A stretch of DNA of 64,000 nucleotides from Minisyncoccota bacterium (GCA_022842945.1 JALHOO010000002.1:103180-167179), one strand, 5' to 3'; counted from the stretch's first letter, positions 17,715 to 27,463 are shown. The notes: generated from the sequence alone by a model not told the origin. Numbers and translations: made by a program.

Positions 17715-17842
17715 ATTAACTTACCATGATTCATCTAATCCTCCGTGTGCATAAACCATCACGAAATACCTACAGAAAAATGCAAGTCTAGGACATCATG
17801 CTGTGGGGGGATAGGCATGGGTTTGTCCACAGTTGTCCCCAA

Positions 17843-17874
17843 TGCAAAAGACAGCCTTTTGAGCTGTCTTTTGC
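17843..17874. terminator. Terminator downstream of tRNA-Gly(GCC)
   Basis: TGCAAAAGACAGC...GCTGTCTTTTGCA. Confidence 0.65.
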
Positions 17875-17888
17875 ATCCTTCTCGCTAG

Positions 17889-17959
17889 TGCGGATAGGGA
17901 GAATCGAACTCCCGACTCGTCCTTGGCAAGGACGCGTTTTACCACTAAACCATATCCGC
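17889..17959 (-). tRNA. tRNA-Gly(GCC)
   Basis: CGTCC-TTGCCAA-GGACG; GTTCGATTC T-arm. Confidence 0.94.
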
Positions 17960-18003
17960 TACGGGAGGCATCATAGCACAGACTGCGCTGTACTATCCAG
18001 TGT

Positions 18004-19185
18004 TTAAAGCGCGTAGTTGGAAGGAGAAAAGGATATATCCTTCACCCTTCCGGAACCCAAGATCATTACTTCGTGGGGCAAAGCATGCATGTTGAAGTTG
18101 CTTGCCATAGAGAATCCGTACGCTCCAGCGTTTCGTATGGCGAGAAAGTCTCCTATCTCTGGACGAATCATAGGACGGCCTACGGCAAACAGATCTCCCG
18201 ACTCACACACGTTACCCGCTATCGATATTGCGGTCTTCGTACCACGCGTGCGCGAAAGGTTCTCTATGGGGTGATATGAGCCGTACATGGCATGTCTGAT
18301 GAGCTGATTGAACCCTGAATTCACTCCAGCAAACAGATGTGCGCTTGTCTCCTTCACGTCAACAACCGATACAAGTAGCGACCCGCTCTCGGCAACGATG
18401 AAGCGACCTGGCTCCATAGCGAATGACACTTCTCGCCCGTGCTTCTTAGCGAAGGCTTTAGACATGGCAACGAACTCCTTCCCTACCCTTTGAAGAGGAA
18501 GCTGTTTCTCTCCTGGCGCGTAGGGCACACCGAGACCTCCGCCGAAATCAATATGTGTGAGCTCCGGGAATGCCTCAGCAGTCTTAAGGAGGGTCTGCAT
18601 TGCCTTGATGAAGATGTCTGCAGAAAGAACGTTGGATCCTATATGCTGCTGGATACCAGTTATAGAAAGGCCGTACTTCTCCGCAATGCGCTTAGCCTCA
18701 GGAATGTCCTTTAGGGTTATGCCGAACTTGCTGTGAGGTCCTCCGGTTATGACATGCGCATGGTGTCCAGCTCCAATGCCCTGATTAAGTCTTAGGGACA
18801 CTTCCCTGCCCAGAGCGCGCCTTCCCCACGTCTCAAGCTGTGTAAGCGAATCAAGATGCACGCGTACGCCCGTCTGCGCAGCTGCACAGAGCTCTTCTTC
18901 AGTTAGGCTCGCGCACGTGAAGCTCGTATCTTTCTTCTTGAATCCAACTGATTTGGCCAGCGACAGCTCGCCCAGACTTACTGCCTCAACCCCTATTCCC
19001 TGCTTTCGTATACCCTTAAGTATCTCAGGGTTGCTGTTTGCCTTCATGGCGTAGTGGAACGCCACACTTGGGAAATACTTAAGAAGCTTCTGGCACTGAT
19101 TCTCAATAACAGACTGCTCGTACACGTAGACAGGGGTGCCGAAGGCACTTGCAACGTTTGTAAGCGCATCTGTTCCCTTTTTCAT
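18004..19185 (-). CDS. lysA: Diaminopimelate decarboxylase
   Basis: GTPVYVY, YAMKAN (PLP lysine), TGGPHSKFG, HIGS, DFGGG, EPGR, GNVCESGD, GAYG. Confidence 0.92.
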   Translation of the reverse strand: MKKGTDALTNVASAFGTPVYVYEQSVIENQCQKLLKYFPSVAFHYAMKANSNPEILKGIRKQGIGVEAVSLGELSLAKSVGFKKKDTSFTCASLTEEELCAAAQTGVRVHLDSLTQLETWGRRALGREVSLRLNQGIGAGHHAHVITGGPHSKFGITLKDIPEAKRIAEKYGLSITGIQQHIGSNVLSADIFIKAMQTLLKTAEAFPELTHIDFGGGLGVPYAPGEKQLPLQRVGKEFVAMSKAFAKKHGREVSFAMEPGRFIVAESGSLLVSVVDVKETSAHLFAGVNSGFNQLIRHAMYGSYHPIENLSRTRGTKTAISIAGNVCESGDLFAVGRPMIRPEIGDFLAIRNAGAYGFSMASNFNMHALPHEVMILGSGRVKDISFSPSNYAL

Positions 19186-19188
19186 GAG

Positions 19189-19261
19189 TGCGCCCGGAGG
19201 GAATCGAACCCCCGACCCTCTGTTCCGAAGACAGATGCTCTATCCCCTGAGCTACGGGCGC
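19189..19261 (-). tRNA. tRNA-Arg(TCG)
   Basis: TCTGT-CTTCGGA-ACAGA; full cloverleaf. Confidence 0.93.
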
Positions 19262-19950
19262 TTCTGGTCACCATACTCTTCTTTACCGTAGTGTTCAATG
19301 AGCATTTGTTGCCAGTAGGTAATCTTTCGAAAGTATTTAACTTTTCCTAACTCAATTCGCACGCAACCAATGTAATTCGGTCTTTTCTTAACCATTAAAC
19401 CCTGCGATTTAAAGATTGTTTTCCCGAAGCGATTAAGAGGAATGGTAAGTAGCTTAGCCCACACCTCTTCATGCTTTTCGTGAGCAAAAGACTTGTGCGT
19501 ATACACACGCATTCTAATTTCATCCTCCGCAGGCCTAAGGTACTCCCTTATCCAATTAATCATCAATCTCGCCATTTCGGAATCAGAGTTCATGAAGCCA
19601 AACGCTGGTGACCTCTTCGAGCCTTCTGCCCAGTACAAACCGATTCCCAATATAAAGAAGGCGTCCTTCTTGTTCTGATCAAACTCTTTTCTTGCTTCTT
19701 CCAATATTTGCTTATCTCTTTCAAGGCGCGCTTGTCGAAGTGAGGTTGCGGCTCGTATTCTTCCGCGGCTTATACTACTGTCCTTTCTTCGCTTTAAGAG
19801 TCTCATTTCGGCTTCAGTAAGCACTGAATCCTTGAGCCATAGCGACACAGAGCTTTTTGAAACTGGCACTTTTTCAAGTATTTGGCGGTACGTTAGCCCC
19901 TTCTTGCGAAGCTCTAAGACAAGTTCCATTTCTCGAACCTTTGATAACAT
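19252..19950 (-). CDS. HTH plus LAGLIDADG-like domain protein, tRNA-adjacent
   Basis: LRKKGLTYRQI...VSKSSVSLWL HTH; IGLYWAEGSK...FMNSD motif; AT-richer than neighbours. Confidence 0.7.
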   Translation of the reverse strand: MLSKVREMELVLELRKKGLTYRQILEKVPVSKSSVSLWLKDSVLTEAEMRLLKRRKDSSISRGRIRAATSLRQARLERDKQILEEARKEFDQNKKDAFFILGIGLYWAEGSKRSPAFGFMNSDSEMARLMINWIREYLRPAEDEIRMRVYTHKSFAHEKHEEVWAKLLTIPLNRFGKTIFKSQGLMVKKRPNYIGCVRIELGKVKYFRKITYWQQMLIEHYGKEEYGDQKRP

Positions 19951-20006
19951 TTACTAATGATATCATATAAGGTACGAGTGATTGTGCCTATGCTAGTATT
20001 TTCCTA

Positions 20007-21470
20007 ATGAAGTTCCCTATTCCCCTTGAGGTTTCCCGTGTAACAGCCGATCTCCGAAGTGCAGGATATGAGGCATATCTGGTAGGCGGTTGCGTGCGCG
20101 ACCTCCTTTTAGGACGGAACCCGAAGGACTGGGACGTAACCACAAACGCTAAGCCTGAGCAGATTCAGGCAGTATTTCCAGAATCCTTCTATGAGAACGA
20201 TTTCGGTACGGTAGGAGTGAAGACCGGAAGCGAGGACAACACCCTCGCAATTATTGAAGTGACCCCTTACCGCACGGAGACCGGGTACTCAGACAAGCGC
20301 AGACCTGACGCTGTGGCATTTGGGGATAACTTAGAGGAGGATCTTGCTCGCCGTGACTTCACCATCAATGCCATTGCCCTTGATGATTCTAAAGGACATT
20401 TCATTGACCCCTTTAAAGGACAGGAGGACGTACAGTCGAAGGTATTAAGGACAGTTGGGGTTGCTGCGGACCGTTTTGAAGAGGACGCACTGCGTCTTAT
20501 GAGGGCCGTTCGCCTCGTGGCTGAGCTTGAATTCGCTCTAGACGCCGACACGGCCGCCGCAATCCAGGAGAAGGGACCGAACCTCAAGCACATTTCACGT
20601 GAAAGGGTTCGGGATGAGTTCGTTCGCATCCTGAACTCTAAGCAGCCCATGATGGCTCTGGTTCTCTGCCAGCAGCTCGGTATTCTCACGTATATAGCTC
20701 CCGACCTCACACGCGGAATAGGCATAGACCAGAATCAAGCCCATAGTTACGACGTATTTGGACATCTCATCCGCTCCCTTCAGCATGCTGCTGACAAGGA
20801 CTGGGGCTTTGATATACGCCTAGCAGCTGTTTTTCATGACGTTTCAAAGCCTGAGACCAGGCGCTGGTCTGACGAAAAGAACGATTGGACCTTCCACGGA
20901 CATGAGGTTGTTGGTTCACGTGTAACAAAGAGGGCTTTGGAAGACCTTAAGTTTTCACGTGAAACTATAGAGAAAGTGACCAAATTGGTCCGTTGGCACA
21001 TGTTCTTCTCTGATCCTGATCAGATTACCCTTTCAGCAGTTCGACGCATGATTCGCAATGTTGGCGAGGAACACATTTGGGATCTCCTCAACCTCCGGAT
21101 ATGCGACCGCATTGGCACAGGACGCCCGAAGGAGCAGCCGTTCAGGTTCCGCAGGTATAAGGCTATGGTTGAGGAGGCGCTTAGGGACCCAATATCTGTG
21201 ACCATGCTAAAGACTGACGGCTCACGGATTATGGAGAAGTTCCACGTGCAACCAGGTCCAAAGATAGGTTTTGCCCTGCACGCCCTTCTTGAAGAGGTTC
21301 TAGAGGACCCAAAGCGCAATACTGAGGATTACCTAGACGGGCGGACCAAGTCCCTTCTTGAGCTCCCTGAGGCTGAACTAAAAGAGTTAGGGGATTCTGG
21401 AAAGAAGCGCCGAGAGGCTGAGGAAGAACGAGAGATCAAAGAAATCCTAGAGAAGCATCACGTTTGCTAG
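20007..21470 (+). CDS. cca: CCA-adding tRNA nucleotidyltransferase with HD domain
   Basis: YLVGGCVRD, DWDV, DLARRDFTINA, EDALRLMRAVR, FHDVSK. Confidence 0.93.
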   Translation: MKFPIPLEVSRVTADLRSAGYEAYLVGGCVRDLLLGRNPKDWDVTTNAKPEQIQAVFPESFYENDFGTVGVKTGSEDNTLAIIEVTPYRTETGYSDKRRPDAVAFGDNLEEDLARRDFTINAIALDDSKGHFIDPFKGQEDVQSKVLRTVGVAADRFEEDALRLMRAVRLVAELEFALDADTAAAIQEKGPNLKHISRERVRDEFVRILNSKQPMMALVLCQQLGILTYIAPDLTRGIGIDQNQAHSYDVFGHLIRSLQHAADKDWGFDIRLAAVFHDVSKPETRRWSDEKNDWTFHGHEVVGSRVTKRALEDLKFSRETIEKVTKLVRWHMFFSDPDQITLSAVRRMIRNVGEEHIWDLLNLRICDRIGTGRPKEQPFRFRRYKAMVEEALRDPISVTMLKTDGSRIMEKFHVQPGPKIGFALHALLEEVLEDPKRNTEDYLDGRTKSLLELPEAELKELGDSGKKRREAEEEREIKEILEKHHVC

Positions 21471-21714
21471 ATACTGCTCTCTTTCACGTGGAACACAGCA
21501 AAAGCCCGTATATACGGGCTTTTGGCTTGAAAGTAGACTGTTCCACGTGAAAACCACCATAAAACAGAAGACCGCCTGTGAGGGCGGTCTCTTCTGTGGT
21601 TCGTCCAAACGACGGGAAAGGTTGGGGTTGGGGGCTTTGGTAGCTCCCGTCAGGAGAATATGGACGTACTACAGGCGCACAAATGTACTGATGGGTGTGT
21701 TTTCACGTGGAACA
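20030..21714. repeat. Cluster of about 8 parS-like palindromes
   Basis: Variants of TGTTTCACGTGAAACA at 20030, 20591, 20912, 20951, 21238, 21480, 21539, 21699. Confidence 0.85.
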
Positions 21715-21958
21715 GATCGAACCGGACCCAGTCTGTGTAATGCGGATACGCCGCGATTCGTTGGACAGCCGATACGTACACGCTAGTGGCACGAGAGCAC
21801 GAAGGTACGAGCAAGGAACATTCGGTTCCTGGAACGCCTGCCTACGGCTCTCGCGAGCGTTGCTGACCCCCAGGTCTTTATAGATACTACTCCTGTATAG
21901 GACATAGTAAAGGACAACTATGGGGATAGTGTGGACAACCTGTCTTTAATACTGTCCT

Positions 21959-22753
21959 TTAGAGCGTAATGGACACGGGGCAGTGGTCTGATCCCATAAT
22001 GTCTGCATGAATAGCCGCTTCTTTGACCTTAGGTGCAAAAGCCTTTGATACAAACACATAATCGATTCGCCACCCGACGTTTCGCTCCCTAGATTTTGCG
22101 AAATGGCTCCACCAGGAGTAGTGCCCCTTGCCTTCAGTGAAGAGGCGGAACGTATCTACAAATCCAGCCGCAATAACCTTATCGATTCCCTCGCGTTCTT
22201 CGTTTGTATATCCATGCTTTCCTTCGTTTGGTTTGGGGTTTGCAAGGTCGTTTGGCGTATGGGCAGCATTTAAGTCGCCACAGAATATAACTGGCTTTTC
22301 CTCTTCAAGCCGTTTCATGTATTCAAGAAACGCCGGGTCCCATTGCGTATGGCGCAGTGAAAGTCGTGAAAGATCCTCCTTGGAGTTCGGTGTATACACG
22401 GAGACAACCCAGAAAGACGTCATGTCGGCCGCTATGATGCGTCCTTCTTCATTCGGGTCTCCGTACCCATCCCCAGAAAGCCCGTATTTGCTAGCTATGT
22501 CGGCAGGCATGCCAAACGCCACATTCTCCGGAACCTGCTTTGAGAATATCGCTGTGCCGCTGTAGCCCTTCTTATTCTTTGCCGAGTGCCAGTATTCCTC
22601 ATACCCCATGAGGTCAACAGGGGACTGGTGCTGTTCTGCCTTTGTTTCTTGAAGGCAGATAATATCTGGCTTCAATTGCTTAATAAATGGCTCAAATAAG
22701 CCCTTGGTATGTACAGCACGAATGCCATTCACGTTCCATGAAACGATTCTCAT
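21959..22753 (-). CDS. xth: Exodeoxyribonuclease III
   Basis: SWNVNGIRA, CLQETK, CGDLN, GWRIDY, GSDHCP. Confidence 0.96.
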   Translation of the reverse strand: MRIVSWNVNGIRAVHTKGLFEPFIKQLKPDIICLQETKAEQHQSPVDLMGYEEYWHSAKNKKGYSGTAIFSKQVPENVAFGMPADIASKYGLSGDGYGDPNEEGRIIAADMTSFWVVSVYTPNSKEDLSRLSLRHTQWDPAFLEYMKRLEEEKPVIFCGDLNAAHTPNDLANPKPNEGKHGYTNEEREGIDKVIAAGFVDTFRLFTEGKGHYSWWSHFAKSRERNVGWRIDYVFVSKAFAPKVKEAAIHADIMGSDHCPVSITL

Positions 22754-22775
22754 GCCTCTATTGTATACCCAAGAG

Positions 22776-23684
22776 TTATCGACCTTTCCCGTGGAACTTC
22801 TTATGGACGTCTCTAAGGTGACTGTCCGTAACATGCGTGTAAATCTGCGTCGTATTTATGGACGCATGACCCAGTAGAGCCTGAACACTACGTATATCAG
22901 CTCCGTTTGAGAGTAAATCAGTCGCAAAAGAGTGTCGCATCACGTGAGGCGTAACTTTCTTTGTTATACCAGCCTTTGCAGCATAGGTTTTGATGAGTAA
23001 CTCAATAGAGCGGGGAGTGAGGCGGGTGGGTACGCGCTTCTTTGTCTCAGTGCTTCGCGCAACACTAACGAAAAGTGCTGGCTCCATGTCCGTACGAGCT
23101 TTCAAGTAGGCTCTTGTAGCGTCTTTTGCAGCGTCCGAGAGGAACACTACACGTACCTTGTCTCCCTTGCCGCGAATAGGGAAGTCGTCCCGCGAGAGAT
23201 CTATATCGGAATCCAGAGAACACAGCTCGGAAACACGCAGGCCTGTAGAGAAGAGCATTTCAAGAATCGCTTTATCTCGTAGAGCGCGTTCGCCATTGCC
23301 ATCGGTCGCGGCAAGAAGACGTTCCAGCTCTTGGCTAGAAATAAGGTCCAAATGGCGCTCAGGCACCTTTGCAAGTTCTATCTTCTCCGGAGAGAGGGAA
23401 GGGATATCGCGCTTCCTGAGGTATTTTAGGTACGCACGTAGCGCAATAAGGTAATAGTTCTGCGTTCTGCGCTTCATGGAGTCCTTGTTGGTGCCCGGCT
23501 GTCGGTTAAGCCAAAGCCGGAATTCACGCACATTGGCTTCGTTTATGTCTTTAGCCTCCCGTATGCCCATTTGGTCTATAAAACGAGTCAGGTAATGGTC
23601 GTAGTTCTCAACGGTTTTCACCGCACGACCGCGCTCAATCTCTATATATTCGAGAAACTCACGCTTCATCTGTCGAGCATCCAT
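22776..23684 (-). CDS. XerC/XerD-type tyrosine recombinase
   Basis: STGLRVSEL, GKGDKVR, TPHVMRHSFAT, LLGHASINTTQIYTH. Confidence 0.93.
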   Translation of the reverse strand: MDARQMKREFLEYIEIERGRAVKTVENYDHYLTRFIDQMGIREAKDINEANVREFRLWLNRQPGTNKDSMKRRTQNYYLIALRAYLKYLRKRDIPSLSPEKIELAKVPERHLDLISSQELERLLAATDGNGERALRDKAILEMLFSTGLRVSELCSLDSDIDLSRDDFPIRGKGDKVRVVFLSDAAKDATRAYLKARTDMEPALFVSVARSTETKKRVPTRLTPRSIELLIKTYAAKAGITKKVTPHVMRHSFATDLLSNGADIRSVQALLGHASINTTQIYTHVTDSHLRDVHKKFHGKGR

Positions 23685-23787
23685 AGGGAAAGGGTACCAT
23701 GAACTTCGCACAATATTGTTTACGTGGCAGACTCCTCCTACTAGGAAACACTTGCGCTTTTAATCAAGGTGTGGTAAGGTACATCCA

Positions 23788-24054
23788 ATGCTAACGAAAC
23801 GAGTAAAGACCGCCACTATTAAGAATGTGGCACGCCACCCCGAGGATACCGGCTCTGCCGACGTCCAGGTAGCTATACTTAGCCGCAAGATTGAGGAGCT
23901 CACCAGCCACCTTAAGAAGAACAAGAAGGATTTCCACTCCCGTCGCGGTCTTCTCCAGATGGTTGCTGATCGCCGCACCCATCTTCGCTACCTTGAGAAG
24001 AACGACAAGCGCCGCTACAGCGCGGTTGTGAAGAAGCTCGGTCTCAAGAAGTAG
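23788..24054 (+). CDS. rpsO: 30S ribosomal protein S15
   Basis: DTGSADVQVA, KDFHSRRGLL. Confidence 0.97.
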   Translation: MLTKRVKTATIKNVARHPEDTGSADVQVAILSRKIEELTSHLKKNKKDFHSRRGLLQMVADRRTHLRYLEKNDKRRYSAVVKKLGLKK

Positions 24055-24155
24055 GGAATCGCGGGCAACAGCCCGCGATTTTCGTTTCTAAGCAGGTGCT
24101 AGAATATATCAGAGGCTCCTCTGAGCCTATTACATCCTTTTAATACAAAACAACT

Positions 24156-24668
24156 ATGCCCGTGATAAAACATCCGGCGCAGCGTGTGGGGGTTTTTATA
24201 GATACCCAGAACCTCTACCACAGCGCCAAGCATCTCTATAAGTCTCGCGTTAACTTCGCTAAGGTTCTTGAAGAAGCAGTAGGGGACCGTATTCTTGTGC
24301 GCGCGATTGCGTACGTCATCTCGACAGAGGGAGGCGACGAGAGTGCGTTCTTCGATGCGCTTACAAAGATTGGTATCGAAACTAAGGTAAAAGGACTCCA
24401 GATATTCTCTGACGGCGCCAAGAAGGCAGACTGGGACGTTGGTCTCGCTATTGATGCCGTAAAGCTCGCTCCGAAGCTTGATACCGTGATTATCGCTTCA
24501 GGAGACGGGGACTTCGTGCCTCTCATTGAGTACTTGGATATGAACCAAGGCTGTCAGGTTGAGGTTATTTCCTTCGGAAAGTCCTCTTCACAGAAACTGA
24601 AAGAAGCGGCACATGCCTTTACCGACATGTGTGACGACCCGAAGAAGTTCATAATCGGACACCGATAG
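24156..24668 (+). CDS. NYN/LabA-like (PIN-fold) protein
   Basis: VFIDTQN, KADWDVGLAID, SGDGDF. Confidence 0.9.
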   Translation: MPVIKHPAQRVGVFIDTQNLYHSAKHLYKSRVNFAKVLEEAVGDRILVRAIAYVISTEGGDESAFFDALTKIGIETKVKGLQIFSDGAKKADWDVGLAIDAVKLAPKLDTVIIASGDGDFVPLIEYLDMNQGCQVEVISFGKSSSQKLKEAAHAFTDMCDDPKKFIIGHR

Positions 24669-24771
24669 CACAGACAGAGGAAAAGCCGCACTCAACTTGA
24701 GTGCGGCTTTTCCTATACACGCACCTTCGGGCCATACGTGTCAGTGCACGGTATAATTCGAGCAGCATTGT

Positions 24772-26391
24772 ATGGCGACACCCACTGACCCAACGAAAGT
24801 ACCGAGCTCGCAAAGTACTCCTGATTCTACGCACGCTACCGAGCGCGCAAGCATGAACAATGCACTTGAGGATCGTTCCCAGTTCATTCGCACCATGGCC
24901 AAAGACATGGCTCAGTTTTCACGTAATCCTGCACCCGCATCGCCTGCGCGTCCAGCTAAACTTCCACCAAAGCAAAAAGAAACTGTCGGTGACGTAACCC
25001 TCGACGTTGCCGAACAACCATTTTTCGAGAAGCCGGAGTCTCGCGACGAGCGCGACGCAGAAGAGCCAGTTGCGCTACCTTCTTTTAAGGAGGCAGGGGA
25101 GATAACCGAGTCCGCACCCGTGCAGCCACTTGCAACACCCGAGACTCTTGAAGCCGATCGTTCTGCAGTACTTGATAGACTCCGCCAGAAAGTAGGGGAG
25201 AGTGCTCAGATGTCTATACAACAGTCGCCAGCACCAGTAGTGCCTGAACCTGCTCCACAGCCAGTACCTGCACCCGTAAAGAACCCGGAGCCGGAGTCTG
25301 CATGGTCAAATATCCCAACACCAGCACCCGCGTTTACGCCGCTTTCAGAGCCTGTTCCACCCCGCATGCCTCCTGTCTCTAAGCCGCAAGCTCCGGAGAC
25401 GTATCGCGAACCCATAGAGACATACACACCCCCTAAGCCTGCACCAAGCACGAGCCCTGAAGCGCTCCACACTTATACGAGTGACTTCTCAGACCGCATT
25501 GATACACAGAAAGCATCGACGTTCTCTGTACTGGCCGCGGAACAAGATGCTCAGTCCAAGGCACCGACTGTACTTACCACGAGCAAGGGACTACCAAAGA
25601 AAGCTCTCTTTGCGGTACTAACGAGTATTCTACTTCTTACTCTTGCTGGGGGCGGCATCTTCTTTACGTATCAGTTCGTTATGACCATGCGCGACACACC
25701 TATCGCCTCGCTCACGGTTCCATCTATCGTATTCGCTGATGAGTACCGGGAACTTGAGGGAAGTGGTTCTGCGCTCCTACAGGCTTTGCGGGCCACGACT
25801 GACGCAACACTCATCCCAGGGAACGTGCTCGTTACGTATATCCTTACCTCGTCAGAGAGCGGGGACGGCTCTATCGTGCAGACTCCCGCAGGAGGAGATG
25901 CCTTTGTACGCGCCCTTCAAATTCCAGCTCCAGACATACTGCTTCGCAACATTGCGGAGCAAAGTACCATTGGTGTGATTAACACTAATGCTCAGAACAC
26001 TCCTTTCTTCGCGCTTCGCGTTGATTCCTACGAGCGAACCTACGCCGGCATGCTTACCTGGGAACCTCTCATGACTCGAGACCTCGGGCTCTTGTTCCCG
26101 CTCTATCCCGTAACAAGTGCTCCTGTTGAAGAGGTGAGTGAGCCTGTCGCTACGACCACCGCCTCAACCACCGTGTCCGTAAGCACGAGCACCGTACAGT
26201 TGCAGGAAGTGCAGGCAACGGCACGTACCCGCTTCGAGGACGCCATAGTAGCTAATCGTGATGTGCGCATACTACGCGACAGCCGTGGCCGTTCTCTTAT
26301 GCTCTATGGCTACGCAGACAAACAGACGTTATTGATTGTTCGCGACGAGGCGGTATTTGAAGCCCTTATTTCGAGGCTCAAAACCGATTAG
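24772..26391 (+). CDS. Pro-rich single-TM hypothetical protein
   Basis: 539-aa ORF; IRTMAKD and HTYTSD motifs, central TM. Confidence 0.8.
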   Translation: MATPTDPTKVPSSQSTPDSTHATERASMNNALEDRSQFIRTMAKDMAQFSRNPAPASPARPAKLPPKQKETVGDVTLDVAEQPFFEKPESRDERDAEEPVALPSFKEAGEITESAPVQPLATPETLEADRSAVLDRLRQKVGESAQMSIQQSPAPVVPEPAPQPVPAPVKNPEPESAWSNIPTPAPAFTPLSEPVPPRMPPVSKPQAPETYREPIETYTPPKPAPSTSPEALHTYTSDFSDRIDTQKASTFSVLAAEQDAQSKAPTVLTTSKGLPKKALFAVLTSILLLTLAGGGIFFTYQFVMTMRDTPIASLTVPSIVFADEYRELEGSGSALLQALRATTDATLIPGNVLVTYILTSSESGDGSIVQTPAGGDAFVRALQIPAPDILLRNIAEQSTIGVINTNAQNTPFFALRVDSYERTYAGMLTWEPLMTRDLGLLFPLYPVTSAPVEEVSEPVATTTASTTVSVSTSTVQLQEVQATARTRFEDAIVANRDVRILRDSRGRSLMLYGYADKQTLLIVRDEAVFEALISRLKTD

Positions 26392-26439
26392 GATACTCGT
26401 CTTGCCAGGCATAGCGCCCGGCATGGTAGTATCGTTCAC

Positions 26440-26793
26440 ATGAATACTGAACACTTTCGCACCCGTCTTCTTGAGGAAAAGGCAGCTCTTGAGGCTTCGC
26501 TTTCAACAGTAGGACGCAAGAATCCAAGCAATGAGAATGATTGGGAGGCAACTCCTGAAGAAACTGGACTTGAGGCTGACCCGAACGACCGGGCTGACCA
26601 GATGGAGGAGTTTGGCAACAACAGCGCCATCCTCACCGACCTTGAAACCCGGTACAACGATGTAAAGGCAGCGCTTGAGCGTATTGATGCTGGTACCTAC
26701 GGAACCTGCACCGTGTCGGGCGAGCAGATCGAAGAGGATCGTCTTGAGGCTGACCCTGCTGCAGCAACCTCTAAGGCGCACATGAACGACTAA
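26440..26793 (+). CDS. DksA/TraR family protein
   Basis: DPNDRA coiled-coil tip, ALERIDAGTYGTC, RLEADP. Confidence 0.88.
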   Translation: MNTEHFRTRLLEEKAALEASLSTVGRKNPSNENDWEATPEETGLEADPNDRADQMEEFGNNSAILTDLETRYNDVKAALERIDAGTYGTCTVSGEQIEEDRLEADPAAATSKAHMND

Positions 26794-26794
26794 T

Positions 26795-27463
26795 ATGGAG
26801 AAATTATCTATTAAGGAGTGCTTCTCGTTTGCGTGGCGAACCTTTAAGTCTCGCCCATGGATATTCATTCAGGCCGGCCTTCTATTGTTCCTTATTAATA
26901 TGGCCGTTAACCTTGTCCAGACGCTTCTGGAGATGGGAGCTGAATCAACGGGAGGATTAATTGTTTCCGTTATAGCCTTTATTTCAGCCATCATTGGCGT
27001 GGCGGTGTCGTTCCTCATCAGCATGGGTGAGGCTGCGTTCTTCCTACGCTCACACGATGACGTGAATGCGGTGTCCCTACGTACACTCTGGAACCCTACA
27101 CCGTTCTGGAAGTTCGTTGGCGTATCCCTCCTTACCGGCATCTGCATCCTTGTCGGTCTCGTATTCCTTATCGTTCCAGGAATAATACTCGGTATCCTCT
27201 TCATGTTCGCGGGATACCTTGTTATTGAAGAGAAGCTTGGACCCATTGATGCTATGAAGAAGAGCATCGAGCTCACGAAAGGGAACCGTGTGCAGCTCTT
27301 CATGCTCTCCCTCGCTATACTTGGCATAAACATCCTCGGATTCTTTGCGCTCTTGGTCGGACTCTTCGTTAGTATTCCGGTATCGTTCCTCATGATGGTG
27401 CATGCGTACCGCACACTCAGTCGCAAGGAACAACCTGAGGTACTCGTTGCAGAACCCGCATAG
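26795..27463 (+). CDS. Integral membrane protein (DUF975-like)
   Basis: Multiple TMs; LIVPGI...AMKKSIELTKG pattern. Confidence 0.75.
   Translation: MEKLSIKECFSFAWRTFKSRPWIFIQAGLLLFLINMAVNLVQTLLEMGAESTGGLIVSVIAFISAIIGVAVSFLISMGEAAFFLRSHDDVNAVSLRTLWNPTPFWKFVGVSLLTGICILVGLVFLIVPGIILGILFMFAGYLVIEEKLGPIDAMKKSIELTKGNRVQLFMLSLAILGINILGFFALLVGLFVSIPVSFLMMVHAYRTLSRKEQPEVLVAEPA

Noticed and set aside
22776-23684. Prophage or ICE integrase
   Set aside because: Size, motifs and housekeeping context fit chromosomal Xer; no att repeats or phage genes.
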